NCBI RefSeq assembly: GCF_044704955.1
Contig: NC_091991.1
Span: 31,930,001-31,994,000, forward strand
Direction: 5' to 3'
DNA: 64,000 nt
Source: Pristiophorus japonicus
Taxonomy: Eukaryota
Under the pieces are notes generated by a model, which saw only the letters and a list, made by a program, of their open reading frames with translations, was not told the DNA's origin and searched no databases. Shown piece after piece: positions 35,591 to 49,158 of this stretch (positions are counted from its first letter, which is position 1; every line of letters starts with the position of its first letter). A program made the translations under genes and the position numbers.

Positions 35591-35782
35591 GTAGGCAATT
35601 GCACATTCATTTTGTGAAAATGAGATTTTTAGCTTAATGTTATATTGGGGGTAAATGAAGAAGGTAGCATTGCAAGCTAAGGAGGTTGTAGAGTTTCTGA
35701 ATTTGGGATGGGTGAGGATTATGAACAACTAGTGTAAAGTCTTCACAAAACAAAACACTCCAATTATTTTTCTTGTCCGCAG

Positions 35783-35839
35783 CGATGACCATGTCAAGTT
35801 CTTTTGTATTCAAGTATTGGAACATCAAATTAAATTCAG
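35783..35839 (+). CDS. XPOT: XPOT coding exon 3
   Basis: DDHVKFFCIQVLEHQIKF(R), 57 nt, AG/GT. Confidence 0.95.
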
Positions 35840-36341
35840 GTAAGAGTATGCCGTACAATCTCTCTCGCTCTCGCGCTCGTCGCTCTNNNNNNNNNNNNNN
35901 NNNNNNNNNNNNNNNNNNNNNNNNNNNNNNNNNNNNNNNNNNNNNNNNNNNNNNNNNNNNNNNNNNNNNNNNNNNNNNNNNNNNNNNNNNNNNNNNNNNN
36001 NNNNNNNNNNNNNNNNNNNNNNNNNNNNNNNNNNNNNNNNNNNNNNNNNNNNNNNNNNNNNNNNNNNNNNNNNNNNNNNNNNNNNNNNNNNNNNNNNNNN
36101 NNNNNNNNNNNNNNNNNNNNNNNNNNNNNNNNNNNNNNNNNNNNNNNNNNNNNNNNNNNNNNNNNNNNNNNNNNNNNNNNNNNNNNNNNNNNNNNNNNNN
36201 NNNNNNNNNNNNNNNNNNNNNNNNNNNNNNNNNNNNNNNNNNNNNNNNNNNNNNNNNNNNNNNNNNNNNNNNNNNNNNNNNNNNNNNNNNNNNNNNNNNN
36301 NNNNNNNNNNNNNNNNNNNNNNNNNNNNNNNNNNNNNNNNN

Positions 36342-37895
36342 CTCTCTGCCCCACTCTCTCTCTCTGCCCCACTCTCTCTCTCTGCCCACTCTCTCTCTCT
36401 GCCCCACTCTCTCTCTCTGCCCCACTCTCTCTCTCTGCCCCACTCTCTCTCTCTGCCCCACTCTCTCCTCTGCCCCACTCTCTCTCTCTGCCCCACTCTC
36501 TCTCTCTGCCCCACTCTCTCTCTCTGCCCCACTCTCTCTCTCTGCCCCACTCTCTCTCTCTGCCCCACTCTCTCTCTCTGCCCCACTCTCTCTCTCTGCC
36601 CCACTCTCTCTCTCTGCCCCACTCTCTCTCTCTGCCCCACTCTCTCTCTCTGCCCCACTCTCTCTCTCTGCCCCACTCTCTCTCTCTGCCCCACTCTCTC
36701 TCTCTGCCCCACTCTCTCTCTCTGCCCCACTCTCTCTCTCTGCCCCACTCTCTCTCTCTGCCCCACTCTCTCTCTCTGCCCCACTCTCTCTCTCTGCCCC
36801 ACTCTCTCTCTCTGCCCCACTCTCTCTCTCTGCCCCACTCTCTCTCTCTGCCCCACTCTCTTCTCTGCCCCACTCTCTCTCTCTGCCCCACTCTCTCTCT
36901 CTGCCCCACTCTCTCTCTCTGCCCCCACTCTCTCTCTCTGCCCCACTCTCTCTCTCTCTGCCCCACTCTCTCTCTCTCTGCCCCACTCTCTCTCTCTCTG
37001 CCCCACTCTCTCTCTCTCTGCCCCACTCTCTCTCTCTGCCCCACTCTCTCTCTCTGCCCCACTCTCTCTCTCTGCCCCACTCTCTCTCTCTCTGCCCCAC
37101 TCTCTCTCTCTCTGCCCCCACTCTCTCTCTCTGCCCCACTCTCTCTCTCTGCCCCACTCTCTCTCTCTGCCCCACTCTCTCTCTCTGCCCCACTCTCTCT
37201 CTCTGCCCCACTCTCTCTCTCTGCCCCACTCTCTCTCTCTCTGCCCCACTCTCTCTCTCTGCCCCACTCTCTCTCTCTCTGCCCCACTCTCTCTCTTCTC
37301 TGCCCCACTCTCTCTCTGCCCCTCTCTCTCTCTCTCTGCCCCACTCTCTCTCTCTCTGCCCCACTCTCTCTCTCTCTGCCCCACTCTCTCTCTCTCTGCC
37401 CCACTCTCTCTCTCTCTGCCCCACTCTCTCTCTCTCTGCCCCACTCTCTCTCTCTGCCCCACTCTCTCTCTCTCTGCCCCCACTCTCTCTCTCTCTGCCC
37501 CACTCTCTCTCTCTCTGCCCCACTCTCTCTCTCTCTGCCCCACTCTCTCTCTCTCTGCCCCACTCTCTCTCTCTCTGCCCCACTCTCTCTCTCTCTGCCC
37601 CACTCTCTCTCTCTCTGCCCCACTCTCTCTCTCTCTGCCCCACTCTCTCTCTCTCTGCCCCACTCTCTCTCTCTCTGCCCCACTCTCTCTCTCTCTGCCC
37701 CACTCTCTCTCTCTCTGCCCCACTCTCTCTCTCTCTGCCCACTCTCTCTCTCTCTGCCCCACTCTCTCTCTCTCTGCCCCACTCTCTCTCTCTCTGCCCC
37801 ACTCTCTCTCTCTGCCCCACTCTCTCTCTCTGCCCCACTCTCTCTCTCTGCCCCACTCTCTCTCTCTGCCCCACTCTCTCTCTCTGCCCCACTCT
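36342..37895. repeat. Minisatellite of 18-20 bp units (CTGCCCCA(CT)5-6), between assembly gaps 35887-36341 and 37896-38342
   Basis: Directly visible homogeneous tandem array. Confidence 0.97.
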
Positions 37896-38884
37896 NNNNN
37901 NNNNNNNNNNNNNNNNNNNNNNNNNNNNNNNNNNNNNNNNNNNNNNNNNNNNNNNNNNNNNNNNNNNNNNNNNNNNNNNNNNNNNNNNNNNNNNNNNNNN
38001 NNNNNNNNNNNNNNNNNNNNNNNNNNNNNNNNNNNNNNNNNNNNNNNNNNNNNNNNNNNNNNNNNNNNNNNNNNNNNNNNNNNNNNNNNNNNNNNNNNNN
38101 NNNNNNNNNNNNNNNNNNNNNNNNNNNNNNNNNNNNNNNNNNNNNNNNNNNNNNNNNNNNNNNNNNNNNNNNNNNNNNNNNNNNNNNNNNNNNNNNNNNN
38201 NNNNNNNNNNNNNNNNNNNNNNNNNNNNNNNNNNNNNNNNNNNNNNNNNNNNNNNNNNNNNNNNNNNNNNNNNNNNNNNNNNNNNNNNNNNNNNNNNNNN
38301 NNNNNNNNNNNNNNNNNNNNNNNNNNNNNNNNNNNNNNNNNNTCTATTGATTCTACTTTTGAGTTCAATAAGATGAAAGCACTATGTTGAGAAGATTGCT
38401 AATGCTACAGAAATATCAATACTCCCTAATTGTTAATTGCTATATGAATGGTGTTTTCTGTCGCTTTGTACTGAGCGTGTTGGTTTCAGCAGCGATGCAT
38501 GGCCGTTGTGAGTGACACTGAAATTGCCTGATCCTGCTCGATATTGCATTTGAGTGAAGGGTCTTGACAGAGGAAATGTGATGAGGGTGACAGTAACACA
38601 GAAAATTGGAAAACATCCATCAGCATTACTTTTTGTAGCAATTCTTATCAATGTCTCCATCATTGTATTTTACTGCGTTGTCGATATGTTGACGTATGCA
38701 TTGTTTTAATCTGTGAATCTACATAATCTTGTGTCTGCATACACTTCCTATGATCTTTTTTCCATTATAAATTCCTATGTCCACCGTTCTAATGGAACCT
38801 GTCAAGCCGCATTTCAATCTGATTTTGGGAAATGTCTGATTGGCATGGTTCTAAGAACTTTCTGGATGAGGACATAAAGATGGA

Positions 38885-39375
38885 AAGGCAAAATACTTCA
38901 GATGCTGTAAATCTCAAATCTAAACAGAAAATGCTGGAAACACTCAGCAGGTCAGGCAGCATCTGTAGAGAGAGAGGGAGAAACCAAGTTAACGTTTCAG
39001 GTCTGTGACTTTTCGTTAGAACAGGAAAATGATACAGATGTAACCGGTTTTAAGCAACTACAGAGGCTGGGGAAAGGGAGGAAAGAACAAAAGGGAAGGT
39101 CTGTGATGGGGTGGAAGGCAGGAGAGATTAACTGGACAGCGGAATCATTACCAGCACCCGCTGTCCGCAAAAATGGGAGCAGAGGTTATGATCTGAAATT
39201 GTTGAACTCCGTGTTGAGTCCGGCAGCCTGCAAGGTGCCTGATCAAAAGATGAGTCGCTGATCTTCAAGAATCCGTTGAGCTTCACTGGAACAGTGTAGG
39301 AGGCCGAGGTCGGAGTGGGATGGAGAATTGAAATGGCAAGCGACCGGAAGCTCAGGGTCATGCTTGTGGACATCA
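38885..39375 (-). mobile_element. Penelope-like retroelement 3' end, including the decayed GIY-YIG endonuclease C-terminus
   Basis: 39186-39362 on the minus strand translates HDPELPVACHFNSPSHSDLGLLHCSSEAQRILEDQRLIF*SGTLQAAGLNTEFNNFRS*, matching the PVA.HFN / LE..LIF / GTL...GLN pattern of PLE endonucleases. Confidence 0.8.
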
Positions 39376-39669
39376 AGCGTAAATCTCAAGTGCGAGCGTG
39401 ACGGTCATTGCTTACTGCAACTAGCTACACATAATCAAAATACAGGAAAAAAATCAGTATTTTAAAGGATAAACTTGCCCTATGTATTTGGAGGTGAGCT
39501 TTCAACTACAAGTCTTCATTTGTTGATCCCAGTGAGAGACCAGGTCACCAGCAGCAGCGATGCTCTTTATAGTTACTTGCATATGATAAGAGCTTGATAG
39601 GGAAATTAGGCATGGTGGACTCTGCTGTATGTATCCGGTGGGGTGCCCTGATTCATGATAATAGATTGT

Positions 39670-40105
39670 CACCTGTGGCTCAGTGGGTAGCATGCTCGAC
39701 TCTCAAGTCAGAAGCTTGTGGGTTCAAGTTTCACTCCAGAGACTTGAGCACAAAAATCTAGGCTGAGGGAGTGCTGCGCTGTTGGAGTTGGAGTTGGAGT
39801 TGCCGTCTTTCAGATGTGATGTTAAACCAACGTCTGCTCTCTCGGGTAGACGTAAAAGCTCCCATGGCACTATTTCAAAGGTGTTCTCCCCAGTGTCCTG
39901 GCCAATATTTATCCCTCAACCAACATCACTAAAACAGATGATCTGGTCATTGTCATGTTGCTGTTTGTGGAACCTTGCTGTGTGCAAATTGGCTGCTGTG
40001 TTTCCTATATTACAAAAGTGTCTGCACTTCAAAAAGTACTTAAATGACTGTAAAGCTTTGTGGGACATCGTGAGGTTGTGAAAGGTGCTATATAAATGCA
40101 TGTCT
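39670..40105 (+). mobile_element. DeuSINE, full length
   Basis: Same head, Deu domain and tail as the other copies. Confidence 0.8.
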
Positions 40106-40164
40106 TTGTTTTTTTAATAAAAGAAAATCTACCTAGTAATATGTTCACTCGGAATGTTTTTTTA

Positions 40165-40565
40165 AATTAGTTCATGGGATGTGGGTGTCGCTGGCAAGGT
40201 CAGCATTTATTGCTCATCCCTAACTGTCCCTGAGAAAGTGGTGGTGAGCCACTGCCTTGAACCGCTGCAGTCCGTGTGGTGAAGGTGCTCCCATCGTGCC
40301 GTTAGGGAGGGAATTCCAGGATTTTGACCCAGCGACGATGAAGAATCGGCGATATATTTCCAAGTCAGGATGGTGTGTACCTTAGAGGGGAACGTGGAGA
40401 TGGTGGCATTCCCATGCACCTGCTGCCCTTGTCCTTCTAGGTGGTAGAGGTCGTGGGTTTGGGAGGTGCTGTCGAAGAAACCTTGGAGTTGCTGCAGTGC
40501 ATCTTGTAGATGGTGCACACTGCAGTGATGGTGCGCAAATGGTGGAGGAAGTGAATGTTTAAGGT
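40165..40565 (-). mobile_element. LINE 3' fragment (CR1/L2 group)
   Basis: Coding remnant HTILTWKYI and a tail (gggatgagcaataaatgctg...cacatcccatgaa) shared with the SINE at 58580-58910. Confidence 0.6.
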
Positions 40566-40738
40566 GTATGGTGTTACAGATTTTGGTGTTTACGGGATAC
40601 TGTGGCACTTCAACGTGACTACTTGTTGCAAACTATGGTGCTATTTAAAGTCAATTCACCTAAATTTCTATTGTGTTAGATATGTCTTGTAAGTGCGAAT
40701 GTTGTGTACAGAAAGTGAATGTTTTTTAAATGTTGCAG

Positions 40739-40808
40739 GTATGCTGTTCTGACTGAAGCACAACATCAACTCATTAGACAAACCATGATGACCTGGCTTC
40801 AGGCCCAA
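40739..40808 (+). CDS. XPOT: XPOT coding exon 4
   Basis: YAVLTEAQHQLIRQTMMTWLQAQ|gtgagt, 70 nt, phase-compatible. Confidence 0.92.
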
Positions 40809-41039
40809 GTGAGTAGTGTGATTGCCCTGCCTATAATTATACACTCAAAATCCTGAAGCTCTTCAGGTGACTAGGAATGTATAGGTTTTCAAAATTGTCT
40901 GTGGTTCTTGCAAGTAACCATTGAACAGTTAACTTTATTATACGGGGAAAGAGCAGGGGGAGTGGGACTAATTGGATCACTCTTTCAAAGAGCCGGCACA
41001 GGCACGATGAGCCAAATGGCCTCCTTCTGCGCTATATTT

Positions 41040-41622
41040 TTGCCCTTGTTATCTCTAGACTTGACTACTGCAACGCACTCCTGGCTGGACTCCCACATTC
41101 TACCCTACATAAACTTTAGGTCATCCAAAACTCGGCAGCCCGTGACCTAACTCGCACCAAGTCCTGCTCGCCCATTACCCCTGTGCTCGCTGACTACATT
41201 GGCTCCCGGTTAAGCAACGCCTCAATTTCAAAATTCTCATCCTTGTTTACAGATCCCTCCATGGCCTCGCCACTCCCTATCTCTATAATCTCTTTCAGCC
41301 TCACAACCCCACGAGATGTCTGCACTCTTCAAATTCTGCCCTCTTGAGCATCCCTGATTATAATCGCTCAACCATTGGTGGCAGTGCCTTCAGCATCTTG
41401 GGCCCTAAACTCTGGAACTCCCTTCCTAAACCTCTCTGCCTCATTACCTTTCTTTCCCCCTTTAAGCTACGCCTTAAAACCTGCCTCTTCGACCAAGCTT
41501 TTGGTCATCTGCCTTAATTTCTTGTGTGGCTCGATGTCAAGTTTATCAAATTGTCTTATTGCTGTGAAGCACCTTGGGACATTTTACTGCGTTAAAGGCG
41601 CTATATAAATAAAGGTTGTTGT
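41040..41622 (+). mobile_element. L2-type LINE 3' fragment
   Basis: SRLDYCNALLAGL and HWLPVKQRLNFKIL remnants plus an L2 tail. Confidence 0.85.
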
Positions 41623-41854
41623 ATGATTTTAGGATATCAAAGATACATGGAGGGAATATCTGGATCTGTTCAGATTTTTAAAAATTGGTTGTTACTTTCT
41701 TTGCTAAATTTGCTATCCCGTAATTATTAACTGCAACCAAAGTGGCTTTTTGACTTTATCAAACTGTGTCACAAACTCTTGATTCTGTGGGGAGCAGGTG
41801 CGTTAAAGTCTGCTGCTGAGCGTCCTCTTAAATGTTGACCATTATCCCCATCAG

Positions 41855-42073
41855 ATGGTGAATCTGCACCCGGAGAAGACTTTTATTCGCAACAAAGCGG
41901 CTCAAGTCTTTGCTCTGCTTTTTTTAACGGAGTATCTTACCAAGTGGCCCAAGTTCTTCTTCGATATTCTCTCAGTCGTTGGCCTTAACCCTCGAGGAGT
42001 TGATCTCTACCTGCGAACCCTTATGGCTATCGATGCAGAAGTTGTCGATCGGGACATTGTTCATACAGCAGAG
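41855..42073 (+). CDS. XPOT: XPOT coding exon 5
   Basis: MVNLHPEKTFIRNKAAQVFALLF...VDRDIVHTAE, 219 nt, AG/GT. Confidence 0.97.
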
Positions 42074-42734
42074 GTAAGAATGGTGAGCATGAATTTGATC
42101 CTCTATGGGTGTAATCTGTAGTAGCTTGTTTGTCACTAAAGTACACGACGGGTCTATAAAGTTGCTATATTTCAGTCAGCTGTGGCTCAGTGGGTAGGTT
42201 GTGGGCAAGTCCCACTCCAGGGACTTGAGCACATAAATCTAGGCTGCCACTCCAGTGCGGTACTGAGAGAGCACTGCACTGTCGGAGGTGCTGTCTTTTG
42301 GCTAAAGAGATCAGTGGGTATGGAGAGAAGGCAGGAGTGGGGTACTGAAGTTGCATGATCAGCCATGATCATATTGAATGGTGGTGTAGGCTCAAAGGGC
42401 CGAATGGCCTGCTCCTGCACCTATTTTCTATGTTTCTATGTTTCGGATGAGACATTAAACCGGCGCTGAACCGGCCGAAGGGACTCAATTTTTAAACTTT
42501 TAATCAACTTTTAAACTTCTTAACAATTCGGGAAAACTTTAAAATTTTTAATCAACTTGGAGAACTTTTTTTCTATAACTTTTAATCAACTCTTAATCTA
42601 TTTACTAAACCTTCAATCAACCTGTATAACTTTTTTTAAAATTTGGAAATAGTTTTAAACTCAAACTTTTAAAACAACTTGGAAACTTTTGGGCAAATTT
42701 TTAACCTTGGAAGAAACTTTCCAAAACATCCCTC

Positions 42735-45700
42735 GGAACCCCACTGGACAACTGACCCTCCTAATGCCTGCCCCCCCCCCCAACCAAGCCTCGGGCCATC
42801 TACCATCAGTGGCGCTACTCGGCGCCGAGCTTGCGACCAACATCTCGCCGTAGGCAATTAGGCTTTTCCAGCATTGCCTGGTCTCCAGTCTTCTTGGACC
42901 CCCTTGCCACTGGGGACCAAGACCTTGCTCAGCTAAGCTCGTGTGGTTGTCAGTGTGCAGCGGCCACTCCACGTTAAAAGAACTCGCGCACAGGCATCTT
43001 CCACTTTGCTAATATGAAGTTCGGGACCTGGAACATCAGGACCCTCGTGGACAATTCCAACAGCAACAGGCCGGAACGCCTCACCGCCATAGCTGCCCGG
43101 GAACTTGGAAGTTTTGACATCGACATCGCTGCCCTAAGCGAGACCCAACGGGCAGGGGAAGGCCAGCTCAAGGAACATGGTGGAAGTTACACCTTTTTCT
43201 GGAAAGGAAAACCAGAGGAAGAACGCCGCCTTCATGGAGTTGGCTTCGCCATCAAAAATGAACTGGTTGCCTCAAAGACTTCCCCTGCAGGGTTAACAAA
43301 CGACTCATGACTCTTCGCCTTACCCTATCCCGGAACCAATGCACCACAGTCACCAGTGCGTATGCCCCAACACTCGATGCAATGGATGAGGCTAAAGAGG
43401 GTTTTTATTCCAAATTCGAGACATCCCTGTCCCATGTCTCCACGGGCGACAAATTGATCCTCCTAGGTGACTTTAATGCCAGGGTCGGCAAAGACATAGC
43501 CCTCTGGGGAGGCGTGATTGGCAGAAAGTGGCTAGGGAAAGCCAACTCCAGTGGTACCCTACTGACAAAATGTCTAGATCACAAACTCCTCGTCACCAAC
43601 ACCCTGTTCCACCAGAGGGACAAATACAAGGCATCGTGGCAACACCCTTGCTCCAAACACTGGCACCTGCTCGACTACGTCATCGTCCGAGCCAGGGGTC
43701 ACAAGGGTGTGTGACAGGAGCTGACGACTGCTGGACGGACCATCACCTAATCCGATCCATCATCAATATAAACATAGCCCCAAAGCAGAGGGGACAGCAG
43801 AAGCAGTGCCGCAAAAAAGTTAATGCCAGGGCACTTAAAGACTCAGCTAAGAGTGCCCTATACAGCCAGCGCCTCACAGCTAATCTGGTGTGCCTTGATG
43901 ACCTTGTGATGCTGAATGCCCACAGCGCTTGGTCTGCCCTCCAGGTCTGCATAACCAGCGCCTGTGAAGTTTGATGAAAACACAGAAACGTAGAAACATA
44001 GAAAATAGTTGCAGGAGTAGGCCATTCGGCCCTTCGAGCCTGCACCACCATTCAATAAGATCATGGCTGATCATTCACCTCCGTACTCCTTTCCTGCATT
44101 CTCTCCTTTGATCCCTTTAGCCGTAAGGGCCATATCTAATTCCTTCCTCAACAACTCTGTGGTCGAGAATTCCATAGGTTAACAACTCTGAGTGAAGAAG
44201 CTTCTCATCATCAAGATCAAAATGATCAGGAGATCCAAGAACGAATAGATCGTAAGCGCAGAGCATTTCTGAGCCTCGAGCAACAACCCAACTCAGGAGC
44301 TGCAAAGCAACGTTAGATGGCTCAAGGCTGAGGTCCCACAAAAAACCTGGGACCTAAAGAACAGGTGGTGGAAGGAGAAAGCACAGGAGATGCAACAACT
44401 GGTCGACAGCCACGATATGCGAGAATTCTTCATTGCAGTCAAGGCCATCTACGGTTCAAACTCCCAAGGCCCCACCCCACTCCTGGCCAAGAACTGGGAA
44501 ACACTCATCAAGGACACCGAGGCAATCAGGGCCCGCTGGAAGGAGCACTTTGAAGATCTCCTCAATCAAGACCCTGCCTTTGACTCGAGTGTTCTCAACT
44601 CCATCCCGCAGCATGCGACCCGCCACCACCTCAGTGAAACCCCAACACTGCACGAGGTAGGCAAAGCCATAAAACAGCTCAAGAATAACAAGGCTACAGG
44701 TGCTGATGAAATTCCTGCTGAGGTGCTAAAATATGGCGGAGAGGCGCTGATGCCGCGGATACATGACCTCATCTCTCTCATTTGGAGGGAAGAGAGCATG
44801 CCGGGAGATCTCCGAGATGCATTGATTGTGACCATCTTTAAAAAGGGGGACAAGTCCGACTGCGGCAACCACAGGAATCACCCTGCTATCAGCCACTGGG
44901 AAAGTTGTCGCTAGAGATCTCCTCAACCGTCAGTCCTTACACATGGCCTTTTTTGATCTTACAAAGGCCTTTGACGCTGTCAACCGTGAAGGCTTATGGA
45001 GCATCCTCCCTCTGTTTTGGAAGTCCTCAAAAGTTTGTCAACATCCTCCGCCTGCTCCACTGCGAAATGCAGGCCTTGATCCTTACCAGCGGTTCCATTA
45101 CAGACTCCATCCACGTCCGGACCAGGGTCAAACAGGGCTGCGTCATCGCTCCAACCATCTTCTCAATCTTCCTCGCTGCCACCTCACAGTCAACAAGCTC
45201 CCCGCTGGAGTGGAATGAAACTACAGAATCAGTGAGAAGCTGTTTAATCTTCGCCGCCTCCAGGCCAGGTCCAAGATCACCCCAACCTCTGTCATTGAGC
45301 TGCAGTACGCGGACGACGCCTGCGTCTGTGCACACTGAGGCTGAACTCCAGGATATAGTCAATGTATTCACCAAGGCATATGAAAGCATGGGCCTTACAC
45401 TTAATATCCGTAAGGCAAAGGTCCTCCACCAGCCGGTCCTCATCGCACAGCACTGGCCCCCAGTCATCAAGATTCACGGCGCGGCCCTTGACAACATGAA
45501 CCACTTCCCATACTTCGGGAGCCTTTTATCAACAAAGGCAGACATTGATGTGGAGATTCAACATCGCCTCCAGTGCGCCAGTGCAGCCTTTGGCCGCCTG
45601 AGGAAAAGAGTGTTCGAAGACCAGATCCTCAAATCTACCACCAAGCTCATGGCCTACAGGGCTGTAGTAATACCTGCCCTCCTGTATGGATCAGAGGCAT

Positions 45701-46208
45701 GGACGATGTACAGAAGGCACCTCACATCGCTGGAGATATATCACCAACGATGCCGCCACAAGATCCTGTAAATCCCCTGGGAGGACAGGCGCATTAACAT
45801 CAGTGTCCTCGCCCAGGCTAACATCCCCAGCATTGAAGCACTGACCACACTCGATCAGCTTCGCTGGACAGGCCACATAGTTCGCATGCCAAACACAAGG
45901 CTCCCTAAGTAGTTGCTCTATGCGGAGCTCCTTCACAGCAAACGAGCCAAAGGTGGGCAGCGGAAACATTACCAGGACACCCTCAAAGCCTCCCTGGTAA
46001 AGTGAGACATCACCACTGACACCTGGGAGTCCCTGACCGAAGACCGCCCTAGCAAATCAGTTCTCCGCCCCTTTCCCCCGACGAATGTCTGTCCTACTTG
46101 TGACCGGGTCTGTGGCTCTCGCATTGGACTGTCCAGCCACCAAAGGACTCTAGGAGTGGAAGCAAGTCTTCCTCGATTCCAAGGGACTGTCTATGATGAT
46201 GATGATGA
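42735..46208 (+). mobile_element. RTE-clade LINE, near full length, inactivated; inserted in a DeuSINE and interrupted by a CR1 tail (about 43985-44215)
   Basis: MKFGTWNIRTL..DIAALSET (APE), LLGDFNARVG, FFDLTKAFD and LQYADD motifs, with a (GAT)n tail at 46194-46208. SINE head lies at 42178-42462 and SINE tail at 46209-46290. Confidence 0.92.
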
Positions 46209-46352
46209 CACTTCAAAAAGTACTTCTTTGGGTTGAAAAGCACTTTGGGGAGTCCTGAGGTTGTGAAAGGCGCTATATAAATGCAAGTCTTAGTGCTTTA
46301 TTAGAACAATTGTATAGTGATTTGTTAAAGAATATTTTCTGTAACTCTCCAG

Positions 46353-46537
46353 GAGTGTAGGCGAAATACCTTAATAAAAGATGCAATGAGGGAACAATGT
46401 ATACCAAATCTCGTGGAGTCCTGGTATCAGATCCTGCACACCTATCAGCAAACCAACTCTGAACTAACATGTCAGTGCCTTGAGGTTGTCGGAGCCTTTG
46501 TCTCCTGGATTGACTTGAATCTGATAGCAAATGACAG
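46353..46537 (+). CDS. XPOT: XPOT coding exon 6
   Basis: ECRRNTLIKDAMREQCIPNLVESWYQIL...WIDLNLIAND(R), 185 nt. Confidence 0.97.
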
Positions 46538-47144
46538 GTACGTGTTTTTGAACGCATTTTTGTCTTCTATTAAAATTGTTTCTCTCTCAATCATTTGTCA
46601 GAGAAAAGCATCTTTGTTTATACAAATAGGACCCATTAGAGTTCTTTGTAATACTCCATCATTTGGTGTGAATTGCTTCCTTTAGAAAAGTGGTCCGAGG
46701 TAATCAGATTGGTTAATGGATTATAACAAGTAGCGCTGTTTGTGGGAGCAGGCTGTGTGCAAATTGGCTGCTGCATTTCCTACATTACAACACTGACTAC
46801 ACTTCGAAAGTACTTGATTGGCTGTGAAGTGCTTTGGGCGCGGCTAAGGTCATGAAAGGCGCTATATAAATGCAAGTTCTTTTTCTCTAGTTTGCACAAT
46901 TTTTTTGGCAAACAAAATCTACTGGGCCCACACAGCAAAATCTGAAGTCGGACCTCATGGTTGGTCTCGATCCAGATAAAAACTTGAGCTTGGGAGTTCT
47001 CTGGCTGTTATGAAGCTTCACTCCCAAATTCTACTTTTTTAAAAAAAAACAACTACTTCTCTCTTCCCACACAAGTGTGCTTCCCTGGTCGGTGTCTTTG
47101 TGGGGCTAGCTGAATTAAACTAAAGCTGTATTGGACAAAAATTA

Positions 47145-47572
47145 CAGGTTGGGCTTATACTCATTGGAGTTTAGAAGAATTGAGAAGTGATCTTCTTGAA
47201 ACATATAAGATTCTGAGGGTAGATGCAGAGAGGATGTTTCCTCTCGTGGGGGAATCTAGAACTAGAGGGCATAGTTTCAGAATAAGGGGTCGTCCATTTA
47301 AAATGGAAATGAGGAATTTATTTTCTCAGAGTAGTGAATCTTTGGAATTCTTTCCCCCAGAGAGCTGTGGAGCTGGGTCATTGAATATATTTAAGGTGGA
47401 AATAGACACATTTTTGAACGATAGGGGAGTCAAGGGTGTCTTGGGTTATGGGGAACGGGCAGGGAAGTGGAGTTGAGGCCAGGATCAGATCAGCCAGGAT
47501 CTTATTGAATGGCGGAGCAGGCTTTAGGGCGGCCAAATGGCCTACTCCTGCTCCTATTTCTTGTATTCTTAT
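47145..47572 (+). mobile_element. CR1 3' fragment
   Basis: DLLETYKIL..ESRTRGHSF remnant and tail. Confidence 0.8.
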
Positions 47573-48989
47573 CCCATGTGTGCAATACTTTAGTTTTTCA
47601 AATTTCACCAGCTCCTTCTGCAGTGGCCCAGTGGGGAGGGGGAGCAAGGGATGTTGTGCATGGGACACATAAGGAAAAGTGAGGTGGGGGCCGTGATTTG
47701 GTCTGGTTCCTGGTCTCAAACCCTGCCTGTAGTGCAAACCGGAGAACGGCAGGTTCAAACTGAAACTCGCACACTTTTTTATACTCCGTGAAAGTTAAAT
47801 GTCTTTGTGTACGGCATTGAATACTGTGGTGTCCAGGAGAGGAAGTTAGGTTGCTACAGAGCAAGATGGTCGTCTTATTGCAGAGTCGGCCCGCGAATTG
47901 TCCAGACATGGTGTGGCTGGCAGTGAAGAATCGCTTGCTCTCATTTTAAACTTTTCTGCTGGTATGTTTCTCCATTTAACTTGTCATCTTCTGTACGATG
48001 ACTAATCCTTGATTTATACTTCATTGTTTAAATGATGCGATCTGATCATGAAGGGCCCAGTGGTGTCATGGGTCCAGGGCAACGGTGTTTCCAAAATTCA
48101 GTATTCAAGTATAATTGTCACACTGAATTTTTTTTAAAATTGTCAAATATAATGACATTTCCCTTTTAATGTTCGTGTATTTATCTGGTTTAATTCAAAA
48201 TCTATCTCCATCATTTAGGTCTGAGAAGTAGAAAATATACATAATGTTTGAATTGAAATCTATTGTAATAACTGCACAAACAGTAAATGAAGTTCAGGCA
48301 AGTATCCTCCCTTGTCTGTGTGCATAGAATTACCACCAGAACAACTGCAAAAGAACATAACCAGGAGTAGGCCATAGGGCCCCTCGAGCTTCTACCTCAG
48401 CTCCACTTTCCCGCTCGATTCCCATATCCCTTGATCCCCCTAGAGTCAAAGAATCATTTGATCTCAGCCTTGAATATACTCAACAACTCAATATCCACAG
48501 CCCTTTGGGGCAGAGACTTCCAAAGATTTGCAACCTCTATAAGTAATAAAGAACAGGCACTCCGTGTGAACTTAAAAATGTGGTAACGTTAGCTCCCAGA
48601 TCTCCCAAAGAGCTGTGGAGACTGGGTCACTGAATATATTTAAAATGGAGACAGACAGATCTTTGAACGATAAGGAAATCAAGGGTTATGGAGAGCGGGC
48701 AGGGAAGTGGAGTTGAGGCCAAGATCAAATCAGCAATGATCTTATTGAATGGCGGAGCAGGCTCGAGGGGCCAAATGGCCTACTCCTATTTCTTATGTTA
48801 TGTCGTGTGTTTTTGTCTGGATACATGTACTGGCAGTGGTGTTTCAGGTTGGGAAGTTTATTGTTGTATTGCACGACGGAAAAGATAAATTATGTAGGAA
48901 AGCTTTACTGTAGGGTATTAAAATTGTGTGTTTGTCTCTAGCACACAGTCTGCAACAATTTATTTTCTCTTTAATTATTTCTTTTCTAG

Positions 48990-49158
48990 GTTTGTAAATG
49001 TGTTGCTCAGTCACATGTCAGTGGAAGTCCTCCGTGAGGAAGCCTGTGACTGTCTATTTGAAATAGTAAATAAAGGCATGGATCCTATTGATAAGACTAA
49101 ACTTGTAGAATCGCTTTGTCAGGTGCTACTGGCTTCGGGCTTCTTCAACACTGAGCAG
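48990..49158 (+). CDS. XPOT: XPOT coding exon 7
   Basis: FVNVLLSHMSVEVLREEACDCLFEIVNKGMDP...GFFNTEQ, 169 nt. Confidence 0.97.

Noticed and set aside
35640-38376. 648-867 aa ORFs with AERESG / GREREW repeats
   Set aside because: They come from a minisatellite plus assembly gaps inside an XPOT intron and are not proteins.
42735-46208. Possible active or domesticated reverse transcriptase gene
   Set aside because: Multiple frameshifts, stops, an internal deletion and a CR1 insertion; the same applies to the 1372-6260 copy and all CR1 pieces.
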